From a bacterium (GTDB lineage Bacteria; Bdellovibrionota_C; UBA2361; CALJRW01): DNA of 64,000 nt. Made by a program: the position numbers and the translations under genes. Under the pieces are notes generated by a model, which saw only the letters and a list, made by a program, of their open reading frames with translations, was not told where the DNA came from and did not search any database. The stretch spans positions 99,013 to 163,012 of the forward strand of contig JANNBC010000048.1 in NCBI GenBank assembly GCA_031385045.1, written 5' to 3'. Of the stretch, positions 62,644 to 64,000 are shown piece after piece; the first letter of the stretch is position 1, and every line of letters begins with the position of its first letter.

Positions 62644-63654
62644 CTAAATTTGAAAATCGCTATAGGTAGAAATGTTAGCCAGTTGCTCTAACATCCAACT
62701 ATGCGTTTTAGGATAGCGCTCGGCAATATCTAAAGGCTCCAGCCAGTTAGTTACCTCACGAATTGGAATAGTGTGAAGTCCTGTCTGTGGAAAATGCATC
62801 CCACATTCTTCCGGACGATTTACTTTGGTTAAGGCATTTTGTGCCGCAACAAGCTCTTGAAATGAATACATCTCATACCAAATCCCAACAGAGGGATGTG
62901 CACTGGCATCTAACTGATGCTCTGGTAGTTTAGCTTGCTGTACATGATGATTAACCTGTTCGTCTGTCTGATCAAATAGCGGATAAATATGCAAGAATCC
63001 ACGATCTTCATAAAAACTTTCTTTTGCAAAAGGTAGTGTTGCTCGGCTATCAGTTTGAGATCTACGATTACCTCCAATAATATAATCAACTTTTTCAAAG
63101 CCAAACTTTGGATCCTTTAGTAAGGTATAAATCAAAGGTAACTTTGTTTCTTGAAAAAAAGCTTTGATTAATCGATCCTTTAATTGCTTACGCGGATCTT
63201 CGGAATCAAGATTTGTTGGCGTAACTCTTAAATGAGCATTAACTGCTTGCTTTAAGGCGGAATCCTCGGGCAGATCGTACGTAAAACGACGAAAGTTTAA
63301 ACTTGGATAGCGTAACTTTAAATCTAGTAATAATTGATAAGTTTCTTTAGGGTGATTTTGTAAATCTAAAAAAACAACTGGAATATTTAATAATTTTCTA
63401 GCGATATCTTTAGGCGATTGCTCAATCGCTTCTGCCAAATAAGAGATGCTTTGAGGCGCGTTTCTTCCCCCTGAGGTTAATAAAATTGTTCGATCCGCAT
63501 ATTCAGCTAATTGAGCAATACGATCCATGGGAGATTTGTATTCTGCTGCTAGTTTATTTAAACTTAAGCAGACCTCTGCTAAATTAGTCGGAGCAAATGT
63601 CTCTAGTGCAAGGTTTACTGGTACTGTAGAAATTATCCTTTGCGGGTTTGCCAT
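62644..63654 (-). CDS. Divergent phosphoadenosine phosphosulfate reductase (CysH-like)
   Basis: TSGG, VFLD...HPKETY, GNRRSQTDSR, YPL, HPSVG, ECGMH. Confidence 0.75.
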   Translation of the reverse strand: MANPQRIISTVPVNLALETFAPTNLAEVCLSLNKLAAEYKSPMDRIAQLAEYADRTILLTSGGRNAPQSISYLAEAIEQSPKDIARKLLNIPVVFLDLQNHPKETYQLLLDLKLRYPSLNFRRFTYDLPEDSALKQAVNAHLRVTPTNLDSEDPRKQLKDRLIKAFFQETKLPLIYTLLKDPKFGFEKVDYIIGGNRRSQTDSRATLPFAKESFYEDRGFLHIYPLFDQTDEQVNHHVQQAKLPEHQLDASAHPSVGIWYEMYSFQELVAAQNALTKVNRPEECGMHFPQTGLHTIPIREVTNWLEPLDIAERYPKTHSWMLEQLANISTYSDFQI

Positions 63655-63707
63655 ATATACTAAGCGAGATTGAAAATTACCGAAAAATACAAAGGCGCTT
63701 AGTATAT
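63655..63707. mobile_element. MITE-like element, copy C (inverted, shorter)
   Basis: ATATACTAAGCG/CGCTTAGTATAT terminal inverted repeats; minus strand carries GTATTTTTCGGTAA related to the copy A/B core. Confidence 0.55.
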
Positions 63708-63791
63708 CAAGTGCGAAGCACTTGAAGCGACCCTTGGGGGTCGCTAAAGTATTGAGCCTTATTTTATAAGGCTTAATACTGGGTAAGACAA

Positions 63792-63885
63792 ATATACTAA
63801 AACCCGAAGGAACTGAAAATGCGATCCTTATCCTCCATAGCTTTAGCGAAGGGGGATGTATTTTTCCTAGCCGTTCGGTAAAACC
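63792..63885. mobile_element. MITE-like element, copy B with nested 30-nt REP-like hairpin
   Basis: ATATACTAAAA left end; 11/12 and 22/25 matches to copy A core, split by insert 63828-63857; right end not evident. Confidence 0.6.
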
Positions 63886-64000
63886 TTGTATGTTGAAAAA
63901 GTTCTATTTATCTATAAATTTAGATAAACAAGTCCCTGGAGTAGTAGACCGAGAAAAACCTGTGTAAACGACACGACCATTAGATAGGTCACTACTCCAG

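Noticed and set aside
2057..63104. Numerous short ORF-track entries antisense to or inside well-supported genes (e.g. 2057-2311, 5808-6053, 34128-34616, 40628-40897, 52055-52363)
   Set aside because: Shadow ORFs of conserved genes; no motifs or independent signals
63677..63881. Long-range pairings suggesting one large ncRNA (GAAAAATACA/TGTATTTTTC, TTACCGAA/TTCGGTAA)
   Set aside because: More simply explained by inverted copies B and C of the same repeat
63931..64000. 6S RNA, or a Tn402/IS256-type transposon end
   Set aside because: Stem closes within 65 nt (too short for 6S); end similarity is only a few bases and no cognate transposase is in the window

Overview
AT-rich, gene-dense chromosomal window from a Gram-negative bacterium. 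A zinc-finger/histone-fold gene resembling Bdellovibrio histones, tandem PilT ATPases and a minor-pilin cluster suggest Bdellovibrionota or a related former delta-proteobacterial lineage (inference). Most of it is housekeeping (uppP, malic enzyme, metK, trmB, lpxL, kdsD, ribE, mutM, glyA, crcB, phoA, nhaA, ppc, recQ, rhlE, pilT x2). A metal block at about 28.8-42 kb holds a TonB receptor + Fur/Zur with candidate operators, czcCBA, and arsR-DUF6428-arsC. No rRNA, tRNA, CRISPR array or prophage was seen. The most interesting items are: (1) a ZZ-zinc-finger bacterial histone; (2) a Cys/His leader protein ending in QAPP just upstream of czcCBA, a candidate metal-responsive ribosome-arrest peptide; (3) a small TA-flanked MITE-like repeat family (54434-54499, 63655-63885), one copy carrying a nested 30-nt REP-like hairpin, with a solitary RAYT-type HUH transposase in the same window; (4) a CheD/CNF1-like deamidase orphan; (5) a recurring sigma28-like promoter motif; (6) duplicated Crp/Fnr regulators with matching palindromes. 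Two genes (ELWxxDGT-repeat protein, EamA transporter) carry single-base frameshifts. All family calls come from motif recognition by eye; no database search was run.
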